Of a stretch of DNA of 64,000 bases, positions 40,720 through 50,067 are shown in pieces (the first letter of the stretch is position 1; each line of letters opens with the position of its first letter). Under the pieces are notes generated by a model. The model did no database searches, was not told the origin of the DNA, and saw only the letters and a list, made by a program, of their open reading frames with translations. The stretch is from an uncultured delta proteobacterium (GTDB lineage Bacteria; Desulfobacterota; Desulfobacteria; Desulfobacterales; B30-G6): the NCBI GenBank assembly GCA_963823335.1, contig CAWGLD010000007.1, positions 288,001-352,000 of the forward strand. The letters run 5' to 3'. The translations under genes and the position numbers were made by a program.

Positions 40720-41014
40720 AAAGGGTTCGAGGGGTAAGGGGTCAAGGGTTCGAGTGACACGAAGTAGAGCGTCAGCGCTCAATGCTTAAGAATTATAAAG
40801 AGATAAATGTTCGGAAAAATCGTATAAACAACGATGATATTCGGTTAGTTGGGCTAGGCAGAGAAAGAAAGGCGTCAGAAATTGAGAGAGGAGATCGGAG
40901 ATGTAGAGAGACTACTAAAAACGATGATCAACTATCTGGAAAACAGACACTTGAATCCTTGAATCCTTGAATCCTGGACTCCTTGTACCCTTTCTCCCAA
41001 TTGGGAGAAGAAGC
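40720..41014 (+). mobile_element. four-helix cassette copy 2 (degenerate, left end missing)
   Basis: ATGCTTAAGAATTATAAAGAG at 40782, eroded C-terminal coding segment, GAATCCTT repeats, TTCTCCCAATTGGGAGAAGAAGC right end. Confidence 0.75.
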
Positions 41015-41020
41015 TTATTT

Positions 41021-41371
41021 TTAGCCGATAGTGTTTTTAACGATCCCGATAATCTTTTCAGGATCGAATGGTTTGCTCACGAAGGCCACGGCATTTTGAA
41101 CGGCATGATCGCCGTCGATCCCGCTGATGACAATCACCGGTATATCTTTAAGCCCTTCTTCCTTGCGCAGTTTACGGTAAAACCTGGGCCCCCATTCACC
41201 TGGCATTTGAAGATCCAGTGTGATCAGGTCCGGTTTTTCTTTCCTCACAACTTCCAGGCCTTCCATACTGCTGGATGCCGTACAGGTTCGATAGCCGTTG
41301 TCACTGAAAACGGCTTGGAGATATTTCACAATTATCGGATCGTCGTCGATGATCAGTATTTTTTTTGCCAT
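41021..41371 (-). CDS. single-domain response regulator (DivK-like) in tmc locus
   Basis: ILIIDDD, DLITLDLQMP, VIVIS, SKPF. Confidence 0.93.
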   Translation of the reverse strand: MAKKILIIDDDPIIVKYLQAVFSDNGYRTCTASSSMEGLEVVRKEKPDLITLDLQMPGEWGPRFYRKLRKEEGLKDIPVIVISGIDGDHAVQNAVAFVSKPFDPEKIIGIVKNTIG

Positions 41372-41382
41372 TGTGAGCCCCT

Positions 41383-41793
41383 CTATTCCCTCTTTGTAAC
41401 GTTAGACATCTGTTCCTTCCGATGGCACTCACCGCACATGATGGGACCTTTCTTTTCAGACAGATGGCAGCCTTTACAGTTCGTATGAAAGGCCTGCATC
41501 AGGGAAGGCTGCCCGTCAGATACCCCTATTTCATGGCAGTCGGAACACAGCATGTCTTCCGAGGATTCGTATTCGAGTTTGACGCCGTCTTCGTAGACAT
41601 GATGGCACTCGTTGCATTCATCGATTTCAGCTGCCTCGTTGTGGGCGTCGTGATTGAAGGTCGACGCCACTCTTTCAGGTTTGGGAAATACGCTGTTGTC
41701 TACGGCTGCCATTTCCTCCTGAGAGTAGGCAGCCACAAGAAGAAAAACAGTCAGCAACAAGACCGTCAGTAGACCAATGCCACGTTTTCTCAT
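41383..41793 (-). CDS. tmcA: acidic tetraheme cytochrome c3 TmcA
   Basis: Signal peptide, FNHDAH, CNECH, CSDCH, CKGCH, CGECH; tmc synteny. Confidence 0.88.
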   Translation of the reverse strand: MRKRGIGLLTVLLLTVFLLVAAYSQEEMAAVDNSVFPKPERVASTFNHDAHNEAAEIDECNECHHVYEDGVKLEYESSEDMLCSDCHEIGVSDGQPSLMQAFHTNCKGCHLSEKKGPIMCGECHRKEQMSNVTKRE

Positions 41794-41892
41794 CTTCTCC
41801 CTCCCCCACCCAATTCACCGATGGAAATGAATACCTCTATCTTAGCGGTTAGTTTGGCAACACATCTGCCTTGATTGGTAAGTTTCAAAGGC

Positions 41893-42019
41893 AGCCTTGA
41901 AATTTCACGAAGTGAGATTATTGCAGCCGCAAGGCGTCGGACCATGAAGCTGTAGTTTGCTACCGCGAATGGTCCGCAACACAGCGGATGCGGTAAGATC
42001 GTTTCGTGAAATTAAGGCT
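41893..42019. mobile_element. MITE/REP-like element family D
   Basis: Imperfect TIR AGCCTTGAAATTTCACGAA / TTCGTGAAATTAAGGCT; internal CGGACCAT...ATGGTCCG stem; overlaps the tmcB stop codon. Confidence 0.6.
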
Positions 42020-43343
42020 TTTCCATTACCTCATACAATATGTCACTGATAAATTTTAGATCCAAACCGACTTCGTAGTGATGAACGATATCTTCCAACC
42101 CGCTGTGACAGTTATGACAAGGGGTAACCAGGGTCTTGGCACCCTTGGCCTTTACGGCAAACAACTGTTCCGCTTTGACCTTGTTGCCTAGGACGCGGGT
42201 CATTTTATAGGGTGGTCCACAATTAATTACACCGCCCCCGGCGCAACAACAGTAATTGTGCTCCCGGTTGGGATGCATCTCGACAAGTTCGTCACATAGG
42301 GTTCTGATCACGTAGCGGGCCTTTTCATGAAGACCGCCGCCCCTCACCACATTGCATGGATCGTGAAGTGTGACGGGCTGGTCATATTTCTTGGCGATCT
42401 TGATTTGTCCTGATTTGAGCAGTTCATAGTAGAAATCGATGGCATGCACGATGGGTATGGGAGGCTCTCTCCATCCAAGCCACCGGTTTCCCATGTCATA
42501 GACCGATCGGAAAGCGTGCCCGCATTCACCCATGACAATCCGTTTCACCTTCAGCCGCGAGGCCGCCTCATAGTGCGTCCGTTTGATACGCCCCATGATT
42601 TCATTGTCCCCGGTAAACATGGCCATATCACTGTTGTCCCATCCGATACCGGAGGGCATGGTCCAATCGACACCGGCCGCATTCATGATCACTGCCGCCT
42701 GGTATATCAACTGAGCCTGGAATTTCGGCTCAGGCGCAATGACGGAATACATGATATCCGCCCCCTCCTTGTCGAGGGGGATCCGCAGGGTGGGCATTTC
42801 GGCCTGAGCTTCCTCCTCCTGCCACTGAAGTGTGTCCGGCCACTCATCCCCCTTGACCCACATCTGGTTCATGGTGACGGCGTGGCTGTGAGCCGTATCC
42901 TGGATATACAGAGGCGTAACCCCCAGTCGATGGATGATCCGCCTGACAACGCTCATGATGTATGCGATATCGATGCCGAAGGGGCAGTACATTGCACACC
43001 GCTTGCAGAGGTTGCATTCCGTGTGCGATATGACGGCGGCCTTTTTGATGAAATCGGGTGACACCTTTCCTTTTCTCCTGAGCATCTCCCACATGGTCTG
43101 TTTGACCTTGCCCACAGGAGAGTAACGCGGGTCGTTGTCATGGGACAAATAGTAATGACATGCCTCCGAACACAACCCACAATGGATACAGGTATCTACA
43201 TAGGTCTTGAGACGTGCCCCGGTTTCATTGGCAAGGACGCTCTTGATGACCCCTTCTATCTTCTCGTCCGTAAGACTGGCCGCACCAACCTCGATTCCCT
43301 GGTCCAGTCCTTTGGGTTCTTCCTTCTTAGCAGGTTCAGTCAT
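42012..43343 (-). CDS. tmcB: TmcB, HdrD/DsrK-like Fe-S CCG protein
   Basis: CIHCGLCSEAC, CNLCKRCAMYCP, GECGH, HDPC, CCAGGG, PCHNC. Confidence 0.9.
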   Translation of the reverse strand: MTEPAKKEEPKGLDQGIEVGAASLTDEKIEGVIKSVLANETGARLKTYVDTCIHCGLCSEACHYYLSHDNDPRYSPVGKVKQTMWEMLRRKGKVSPDFIKKAAVISHTECNLCKRCAMYCPFGIDIAYIMSVVRRIIHRLGVTPLYIQDTAHSHAVTMNQMWVKGDEWPDTLQWQEEEAQAEMPTLRIPLDKEGADIMYSVIAPEPKFQAQLIYQAAVIMNAAGVDWTMPSGIGWDNSDMAMFTGDNEIMGRIKRTHYEAASRLKVKRIVMGECGHAFRSVYDMGNRWLGWREPPIPIVHAIDFYYELLKSGQIKIAKKYDQPVTLHDPCNVVRGGGLHEKARYVIRTLCDELVEMHPNREHNYCCCAGGGVINCGPPYKMTRVLGNKVKAEQLFAVKAKGAKTLVTPCHNCHSGLEDIVHHYEVGLDLKFISDILYEVMEKP

Positions 43344-43382
43344 ACTGGTTGCCTCCGAGGGTTGTTATAACCATTTGTGGTA

Positions 43383-44042
43383 TCACCAATCTTTTGCATG
43401 CCTGACAGCGCCGAATTCCGATCCCATATAGGCCCGTGTGAAGGGGGCGAATATCATGTGACTCAGTCTTGTAAATGGGATGGCGGCCAGCATGATTTCT
43501 CCGGAAAGAATATGGAGATTGAGAAACAACGGATAATTGAACCACTGGTGATAGGCTACAAATCCGGTTACAAACGGTGCTGCAACAATAAGCAGAATCA
43601 CATAATCTGAAGCTGATGTGACATATTGAACCTCAGGCAGCGATATCCTTCGAATCAAATAAAAGACACAGGCTCCCACCACCACCAGGGTCATCATATC
43701 GGCCAGGCTGTCCGGTAGCGACCACCAGCTGATCTGCCAGGCTTCATCCCACAAAATGACGTGTGCCATAAGAAATAAAGGCGTCAGGATAAGACAGCAA
43801 TGAAAGGCGAATGTCACAATGGTCAAGACGGGGTGTTTCTTCCAGTTGGTCGTGGCAAAGGGGACAGCCCAGTGCAAAATGGAGCGTAAGCTGTATTTCC
43901 AGCTCATATAGGTGAAAATAAACTTTTCTTTCTTGTGTACCAGAACCAGCATCGCCGTCAGCCGATACAAACTGCCGAGAATGAAAATAAAAAACGCCGC
44001 CCAGGCCAATGGTCCGGTCAACAACCCATAAAATTCGTGCAT
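43383..44042 (-). CDS. tmcC: TmcC, NarI-like membrane cytochrome b
   Basis: GPLAW, TM helices with His (AFH, MAH, NLH), IPFTRLSH. Confidence 0.9.
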   Translation of the reverse strand: MHEFYGLLTGPLAWAAFFIFILGSLYRLTAMLVLVHKKEKFIFTYMSWKYSLRSILHWAVPFATTNWKKHPVLTIVTFAFHCCLILTPLFLMAHVILWDEAWQISWWSLPDSLADMMTLVVVGACVFYLIRRISLPEVQYVTSASDYVILLIVAAPFVTGFVAYHQWFNYPLFLNLHILSGEIMLAAIPFTRLSHMIFAPFTRAYMGSEFGAVRHAKDW

Positions 44043-44053
44043 GCCCCCTCCCC

Positions 44054-45316
44054 TTATCGAGCGAATTCACCGACAGGTACCACCCGCCGGTAATAGGTGT
44101 TGTCTTCGATGGATCTGAGAAGTATCTTGTCACCCTCCGGGCTGAAAATCGGATCCCAGGCTGCATCGCAGATATGGGGGCCCAGCTGACCGTTCAGCGC
44201 CACGGCAAACTTTCCATTCTTTTCGATTTTCGCGGCCACATATTCCCCATCAGGGCTGAAAACCGGCTGCCAAGCCATATCAAAGGCGTTGGACCAGGGA
44301 ATGCCATCCGTTACCACATACCAGTTCCGGCCTTCCTTGGCCAAAGCCCCCACTCGTTTACCATTGGGGCTGAATACGGCATCGGTGACCATATCTCTGA
44401 AACTTTGTTTCCATGGCAAGCCATCGATAGCGACCGTCCAACGGCCATATTTGGGTGCCACGATAGCTGCTATTCGATCCCCTTCAGGGCTGAACATCTG
44501 GTGCCACAGTTGCACAAAGGGCCGGTCCCATAGAAATTCGCCATCCTGAGCCAGCATCCATTGCCCGCCCACGCGAACCGGAGCCACCACATGATGCTTC
44601 TTGGGATGGAACACCGGCTCCCAGACACAGTTGTACACACGATTCCAGGTCCGACCATCAACGGCAATGGTATAGTCATAGAGGCTTTGTCGAACCTCTG
44701 CAGCCAGGTGCTCGCCATCCGGACTGATGGTCAGGTTCCAGACATTGACAAATGTCGTATCCCAGGCTTTTCCCTGCAATGCCGCTGTAAATGTTCCCTG
44801 CTTGAATTTATGAATCTCACCCGAATCGGCAGCCACAACCTGGACGGCTCCCGCGGTTTTTCTTCCACAGTCGCTCAAGGCAAAATAAGTCATATTGGCA
44901 TAGGTCTCGTCCCATGGCTTTCCATCCAATACCATGCAGTAACGCATGTCCTGCTGGACGGCCACGGCCATACGGCCACTGTGCCTGCTGTAAAGTGGAT
45001 TCCATACATAGTCGAAGGTGTTTTCCCAGGTGGTCCCGTCTATGGCGACGGTCCATTGGCCCTGCTCCGACACCAGAGCGGCCAAACCTCCGTCCGACAA
45101 GAATCTGAGATGCCATATTTTATCATAATCGCTTTCCCATGTATCACCGTTCACACATACATTGAAAGCTGCCTCACCAATATTGACGATGGCGGCCACT
45201 TTTTCGCCATCCGGACTTGCATACGGCTCTTCAACCCATCCGAAGCGGTCTTGCCAGTCTGTCATGGGGATCTTTTTTTGGCCTGTCTCCCAGTCCCAAT
45301 CCCTGCCGTCGATCAT
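44054..45316 (-). CDS. tmcD: TmcD, Trp-rich beta-propeller
   Basis: Repeated FSPDGxxVAA and VDGxxW blades; upstream of tmcC. Confidence 0.88.
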   Translation of the reverse strand: MIDGRDWDWETGQKKIPMTDWQDRFGWVEEPYASPDGEKVAAIVNIGEAAFNVCVNGDTWESDYDKIWHLRFLSDGGLAALVSEQGQWTVAIDGTTWENTFDYVWNPLYSRHSGRMAVAVQQDMRYCMVLDGKPWDETYANMTYFALSDCGRKTAGAVQVVAADSGEIHKFKQGTFTAALQGKAWDTTFVNVWNLTISPDGEHLAAEVRQSLYDYTIAVDGRTWNRVYNCVWEPVFHPKKHHVVAPVRVGGQWMLAQDGEFLWDRPFVQLWHQMFSPEGDRIAAIVAPKYGRWTVAIDGLPWKQSFRDMVTDAVFSPNGKRVGALAKEGRNWYVVTDGIPWSNAFDMAWQPVFSPDGEYVAAKIEKNGKFAVALNGQLGPHICDAAWDPIFSPEGDKILLRSIEDNTYYRRVVPVGEFAR

Positions 45317-45558
45317 ACGTCCCCCTTATTCCCACTTGAACTGACCCTCTCAGTGTGCTGATAATTTAGTAGCATCTCCTCAACACGAAAGATGCTAATT
45401 TATACAGAATATGTGCTGAAATAGCAACCTTGAACAGATTCCTGAAACGATTTTACCTGACCAACCGTCGATGCTTAAAGAACCCCTTGTCTAACACGAC
45501 GTTACATGCTATCAGAAGACATCGTTTCAGGAATTTCCCGGCAGCAATTTAGGGGGTA

Positions 45559-45747
45559 GAGACCTTTGAACCGCAGCAGCGAGCGCATTCCCCGTAGCTT
45601 GCTGCGAGGTTCTTCAAAAATGCTCAATTTCGTTATGGTTCAAGGAAGGCGAAATTTTTAACCGCAGGAATACATTGAGTATTTTGAGGATTAAAATTTG
45701 AGCCTGACACCGAAATTGAGCGAAACGGGGTGTTTTGCAAAGGTCTC
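45559..45747. mobile_element. MITE family C (IS5-family/IS1106-like ends) with family A repeat nested in left TIR
   Basis: GAGACCTTTG[46-bp insert]CAAAA ... TTTTGCAAAGGTCTC; GGTA direct repeat on both flanks. Confidence 0.85.
45567..45616 (+). repeat. family A 50-bp repeat (nested)
   Basis: TGAACCGCAGCAGCGAGCGCATTCCCCGTAGCTTGCTGCGAGGTTCTTCA. Confidence 0.88.
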
Positions 45748-45781
45748 GGTATTTTTTTGTTTTAACAAGGAGGGTAGCTCA

Positions 45782-46279
45782 ATGCCAGATGTAAGCAAGT
45801 ATGTACCACTGCTTGTGGTGATTTGTGTTGGAATCGTCGTTCAATTACTGCTGATCCCGCTCGATTGTATCAACAAGCCCCACAAAACAGCCGTTGCCTT
45901 TACAGAGGCTTATTTAAAAATAGACCCGTCCATGGCCAACTATTTATGCGAAGACAGCAAAACAGCCGATGATATCGACACGGTGACGCAGTATGTCTAC
46001 GACATGACAAAACAGGCCCGGGATCGCGGATTTAATAAGATCTACATCAAAAGCAAGCTCTACCATGTCATGACGCACACCACATATCTTGGCGATTCAG
46101 AAGCAACGGTTTCCATTTCTGCCGAGAGGAGAACCGCTATCAACCCGGTTTTTGCGTTAATTGCCAAGTTGTTTCACATAGGTGAAACCCACCCATTCGA
46201 TGAAACCTTAGAAATCGTCAAGGAAGACGGCAAATGGAAAGTCTGCGGATCTCCCTTGGCCTTGCATCAGAATGTCTGA
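45782..46279 (+). CDS. membrane-anchored hypothetical protein (possible NTF2-like fold)
   Basis: AGGAGG SD, N-terminal TM, C-terminal VKEDGKWKV. Confidence 0.75.
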   Translation: MPDVSKYVPLLVVICVGIVVQLLLIPLDCINKPHKTAVAFTEAYLKIDPSMANYLCEDSKTADDIDTVTQYVYDMTKQARDRGFNKIYIKSKLYHVMTHTTYLGDSEATVSISAERRTAINPVFALIAKLFHIGETHPFDETLEIVKEDGKWKVCGSPLALHQNV

Positions 46280-46287
46280 TTTAAGAT

Positions 46288-47058
46288 ATGGAGACGGTTT
46301 ACACAAGGATCCGGACTATAGCCCGTGAGATTGTCTCTAGATTTCCTACGCCCGATTTTTACAAAGAAGAAGCCGACGCCATCGCATCCTCTCGCAAGTT
46401 GATGCAGCAGAGCAGGCACATTTCCGATCTCAGAACCATCGTTACCAAACACCTCGAAGACGACTTTGGACATGGCCTGCAGCATGCCGTTAAAGTCAGC
46501 CTTGAAGCCGGCTCCCTGGCTCTGATCGAGGGGCAACGGATGCCTCTCTCCGATCTGACCATCGCCAGACAGGTCCTCCTGGTCCAATGTGCGGGACTGC
46601 TGCACGATATTCGGCGGAAAAAGAAAAATCACGCCATCAAAGGGGCTGAATTTACCAAAAAACTGCTCCAGGATTTTCCCCTGTCATCCCGAGAGGTGGC
46701 GGATATCTGCCTTGCCATTCAAAATCATGAAGCTTTTAAAAATAAAATTGAGATCGACTCAGCCCGGGGAAAACTCATCTCGGACTGTCTCTACGATGCC
46801 GATAAATTTCGATGGGGCCCGGACAATTTTACGGACACACTTTGGGAGATGGTCTCCTTTCTGAATCCGCCGCTGAAAACATTTATCGCGCACTACCCCA
46901 AGGGCATGAAAGGCCTCGAAAGAATCAAACAGACCTTCAGAACCCAGGCGGGACAACGATACGGCCCTCAGTTCATCGACATCGGCCTGGCTATCGGTGA
47001 AGAACTGTACCGCGTGATTCGGGAAGAATTTGTGCAGCCGCCGGCAGGAAGTTATTAA
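46288..47058 (+). CDS. HD-domain phosphohydrolase
   Basis: HGLQH, LLHDI, NHA, NHE, YDADK. Confidence 0.85.
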   Translation: METVYTRIRTIAREIVSRFPTPDFYKEEADAIASSRKLMQQSRHISDLRTIVTKHLEDDFGHGLQHAVKVSLEAGSLALIEGQRMPLSDLTIARQVLLVQCAGLLHDIRRKKKNHAIKGAEFTKKLLQDFPLSSREVADICLAIQNHEAFKNKIEIDSARGKLISDCLYDADKFRWGPDNFTDTLWEMVSFLNPPLKTFIAHYPKGMKGLERIKQTFRTQAGQRYGPQFIDIGLAIGEELYRVIREEFVQPPAGSY

Positions 47059-47104
47059 CCTGCCCGAAGGCTCTCAGCAACACAACAAACACAATAGACA
47101 ATAT

Positions 47105-47298
47105 GGATCATCTCCCAAAGAGTTGATCCAAATTAAGGATTCAAGGATTCCAGGGGCCCAGGGGTCGAGTGAGATGAAGTGAGGTACCAGCTAAATGCTT
47201 AAGAATTATAAAGAGTTAAAGGTCTGGAAAACAAACACTTGAATCCTTGAATCCTGGACTCCTTGTACCCTTTCTCCCAACTTATTGGGAGAAGAACC
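47105..47298 (+). mobile_element. four-helix cassette copy 3 (both ends intact, gene almost fully deleted)
   Basis: Ends GGATCATCTCCCAA / TTGGGAGAAGAACC; flanks GACAATAT / AACAATAT; MLKNYKELKVW fused to the ENKHLNP-coding tail. Confidence 0.85.
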
Positions 47299-47326
47299 AA
47301 CAATATAAACCATCAGGAGGCATTCT

Positions 47327-47980
47327 ATGGATCAACCGATCGATATGTATTGGAATATTAGATTAAATGAGACAAAAGAACAATTGGAAGCCAACAATTT
47401 CGAGGTTACCATCGCCACGGATATGTCCCATGCCAAAACCATTGTCCTGGAGAAACTCATCCCGCAGCTGAAACCCCAGAGCATCTCCTGGGGTGGCTCC
47501 ATGACATTTGTCGCCAGTGGTCTGTATCAGATCCTCAAGGATGCCCAGGACATGCAAGTTGTGGACACCTTTGACAAATCGCTTTCGGCATCGGAGTCGA
47601 TGGAACGGAGGCGCGCGTCGCTGCTGGTTGACCTCTTTATTACCGGAACCAACGCCGTTACAGAAGATGGACAACTGGTTAATCTAGACATGATCGGCAA
47701 CCGGGTCGGCGCCCTGACATTCGGCCCAAAACATGTCATAGTACTGGTGGGACGCAATAAAATTGTCCCGGATATAGAGGATGCCATGGCGCGTATCAAG
47801 GACTATGCAGCACCAGCCAATGCCATGCGTCTCGACAAGAAAACGCCCTGTACCAAAACAGCTTTTTGCCATGAGTGTAACAGCCCGGATCGCATATGTA
47901 ATACCTGGACCATTACGGAGAAATCATTCCCCAAGCACAGGGTTAAAATCGTACTGATCAATGACGTCATGGGGTTGTAA
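47327..47980 (+). CDS. LUD-domain (lactate-utilisation-like) protein
   Basis: WGGSMT, TGTNAVTEDG, NLDMIGNRV, GRNKIV, Cys cluster; AGGAGG SD. Confidence 0.85.
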   Translation: MDQPIDMYWNIRLNETKEQLEANNFEVTIATDMSHAKTIVLEKLIPQLKPQSISWGGSMTFVASGLYQILKDAQDMQVVDTFDKSLSASESMERRRASLLVDLFITGTNAVTEDGQLVNLDMIGNRVGALTFGPKHVIVLVGRNKIVPDIEDAMARIKDYAAPANAMRLDKKTPCTKTAFCHECNSPDRICNTWTITEKSFPKHRVKIVLINDVMGL

Positions 47981-48097
47981 TAGTTTGAGGGTACAAGGGT
48001 TTGATGGTGGCTGACAGCTTATAGCCGATAGCAGCATCCCAGCTTCCAAACATCATAGCCTCCCAGCATACAAGAACCCTCACAGACGGAGGTAAGC

Positions 48098-49942
48098 ATG
48101 TCTGAACAGGTACATCCGGGGTCAAAGCAATCCCATGGCCAGCCGATCGCCCTGCTACTCATATGCCTGGCGATACTGGTCGGTGCCATGGCGCTGGCGT
48201 CTGCCGTACAAAGAGATTTCGGGAATGTCCATATCTCGAATGTGACTTTCCGTAACTTCAACGGCATAGCGGTCCGGGCAAAGCTGCTTGAGCCCGGAAA
48301 AAATCCTGGCCGACAGACATTTCCGGGAGTCGTCTACATCCACGGCTACCAGAACAATCGGGAAACAGGTGATGCATACTGCATCGAGCTGGCAAGAAGG
48401 GGCTTTGTTGTCCTGAATATCGATGCCATCGGCAGGGGCAACTCCGGGGTCCCCAACGACCCTTCCGCCCCCGACTTTGACAGCAGCTACGGTGGTCTTT
48501 CAGCGTTGAATTATCTTCGAGCCCTCCCTGGTGTCAATCCCCAGGCTCTCGGTATGATGGGGCACAGTCTGGGCGCGGAAATGGCCTACCAGGTTGCCAT
48601 GCAAAACCCATCGGTAAAAGCCCTTGTCATCACCGGATTCGCCTATACAGCTGCTGCGAATACATCCGTTCCCAGGAACATGCTGATGGTTATCGGTAAA
48701 TGGGACGAATTTCGTGATCGCATGACCCGTACCCGGGATATCGAAAAAGAGTGGATGAAGACCGACGAGACACGCAGGGTCATCTCCCATCCAAACCCGC
48801 AAACAGGTGTGACCTATGGTGAGTTCGAAGATGGTACCGCCCGCCGTGTGGTGGTACCGAACGCGATTCACATTCAGGAATCCCATAGTCGCCTGGCCAT
48901 CACAGAGTCCCTGATATGGATGAAGCAGGCCCTGTCTCCACCCGCAACCTTCTGGATCGACCCTGATCGCCAGATATGGCCTGTCAAGGAATGGGCGACG
49001 CTGATAGCCATGCTAGCCGGCCTGTGGTCGCTGCTCCCCCTGGGGTCCCTACTGGTCCGGATGTCGTTTTTCAGCGACCTCCAGGCGGCACCGTCAACCC
49101 GTTATGCCTGCAAAAGAAACACCTGCCTTGGATACGCCTTTGTCAACGGCTTGCTCATGTGGCTTTATTTGCCCCTTATTTTCGTTCTTTTCGGTATTCA
49201 TATTTATATCGTCCGTATCGACAAAGCCTTTCCCATGATGATGGTGAATGCCATCGTCTGGTGGTTTCTGTGGGTCAACGTAATTGGATTTGTCCTTTTT
49301 CGAAGATGGTTTAAGAAGAATCAAGTAGTTGAAAACCTGTCCCTTGCCGACCTGGGTGTTTCCTGGAACCCGGACCGGTTTTATCTCGATGGACGGTGTC
49401 TGGCTAAAACCGCCCTGCTGGCTTTTTTTCTGTTCGGGTTTGCCTGTCTGGGTGAACACATCCTGGAACAAATTTTTATCGTCGACTACCGTTTTATCTT
49501 CCCCTTTGCCAGTGATCTGACACCCTATCGCGTTAAGATGGCGCTTTTGTACTTCCCGTTTCTCCTGCTGGGTTTTCTTCAGACCGGTGTTTTCCTTCAC
49601 GGCCAAATGAGACGTCCGCAAAGATCCACACCCATTGCAACCTTTTTGCACGGGTCCTTCACAAATATCATGATCATGGTTCTTCCTTTGCTGCTATTTG
49701 CGGCTGTACAATACGTCCCCCTGTTCCTCAACGGTTTCATTCCCCTGGTGGGTCCGGGCGGTATGTTCGTTTCATTTGTCATCAACCTGTTGCATATCAT
49801 CGGGGTACTCATTGTGGTGATACCCCTTTCCACCTGGCTGTTTCAGCTTACCGGGAAAATCTATCTCGGCGCCATGACCAGCGCGGCACTGGTATCCTGG
49901 ATGTTTGCATCGTCCCAGGTGATAGCACCGATACCGATATAG
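48098..49942 (+). CDS. membrane-bound alpha/beta hydrolase
   Basis: YIHGY, GHSLG nucleophile elbow, multi-TM C-terminal half. Confidence 0.8.
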   Translation: MSEQVHPGSKQSHGQPIALLLICLAILVGAMALASAVQRDFGNVHISNVTFRNFNGIAVRAKLLEPGKNPGRQTFPGVVYIHGYQNNRETGDAYCIELARRGFVVLNIDAIGRGNSGVPNDPSAPDFDSSYGGLSALNYLRALPGVNPQALGMMGHSLGAEMAYQVAMQNPSVKALVITGFAYTAAANTSVPRNMLMVIGKWDEFRDRMTRTRDIEKEWMKTDETRRVISHPNPQTGVTYGEFEDGTARRVVVPNAIHIQESHSRLAITESLIWMKQALSPPATFWIDPDRQIWPVKEWATLIAMLAGLWSLLPLGSLLVRMSFFSDLQAAPSTRYACKRNTCLGYAFVNGLLMWLYLPLIFVLFGIHIYIVRIDKAFPMMMVNAIVWWFLWVNVIGFVLFRRWFKKNQVVENLSLADLGVSWNPDRFYLDGRCLAKTALLAFFLFGFACLGEHILEQIFIVDYRFIFPFASDLTPYRVKMALLYFPFLLLGFLQTGVFLHGQMRRPQRSTPIATFLHGSFTNIMIMVLPLLLFAAVQYVPLFLNGFIPLVGPGGMFVSFVINLLHIIGVLIVVIPLSTWLFQLTGKIYLGAMTSAALVSWMFASSQVIAPIPI

Positions 49943-50067
49943 CCTTCGGCTGTCATTAGCGCTATGCGCGATATTTGCCCTTACGGGCGTCATTAGCGCT
50001 ATGCGCGTCATTAGTCCTGCGGACGTTATTTACCCTTTCGGGTGTAATTTATCCTGCGGATGACATT
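49941..50067. repeat. array of 7 mini-hairpins (period 18-19 nt)
   Basis: AGCC-TTC-GGCT, GCGC-TAT-GCGC, GCCC-TTAC-GGGC, GCGC-TAT-GCGC, GTCC-TGC-GGAC, ACCC-TTTC-GGGT, ATCC-TGC-GGAT, each followed by a GTCATT-like linker. Confidence 0.85.

Noticed and set aside
40782-40970. 62-aa ORF MLKNYKEINV...
   Set aside because: Frameshifted remnant of the four-helix-bundle gene, not an intact CDS.
41897-41912. Rex operator in the tmc locus
   Set aside because: Spacing between TGAA and TTCA is 2 nt, not 4; better explained as one end of an inverted-repeat element.
45698-45781. TTG-start extension of the hypothetical protein
   Set aside because: The extension begins inside MITE C; ATG 45782 has a strong SD.
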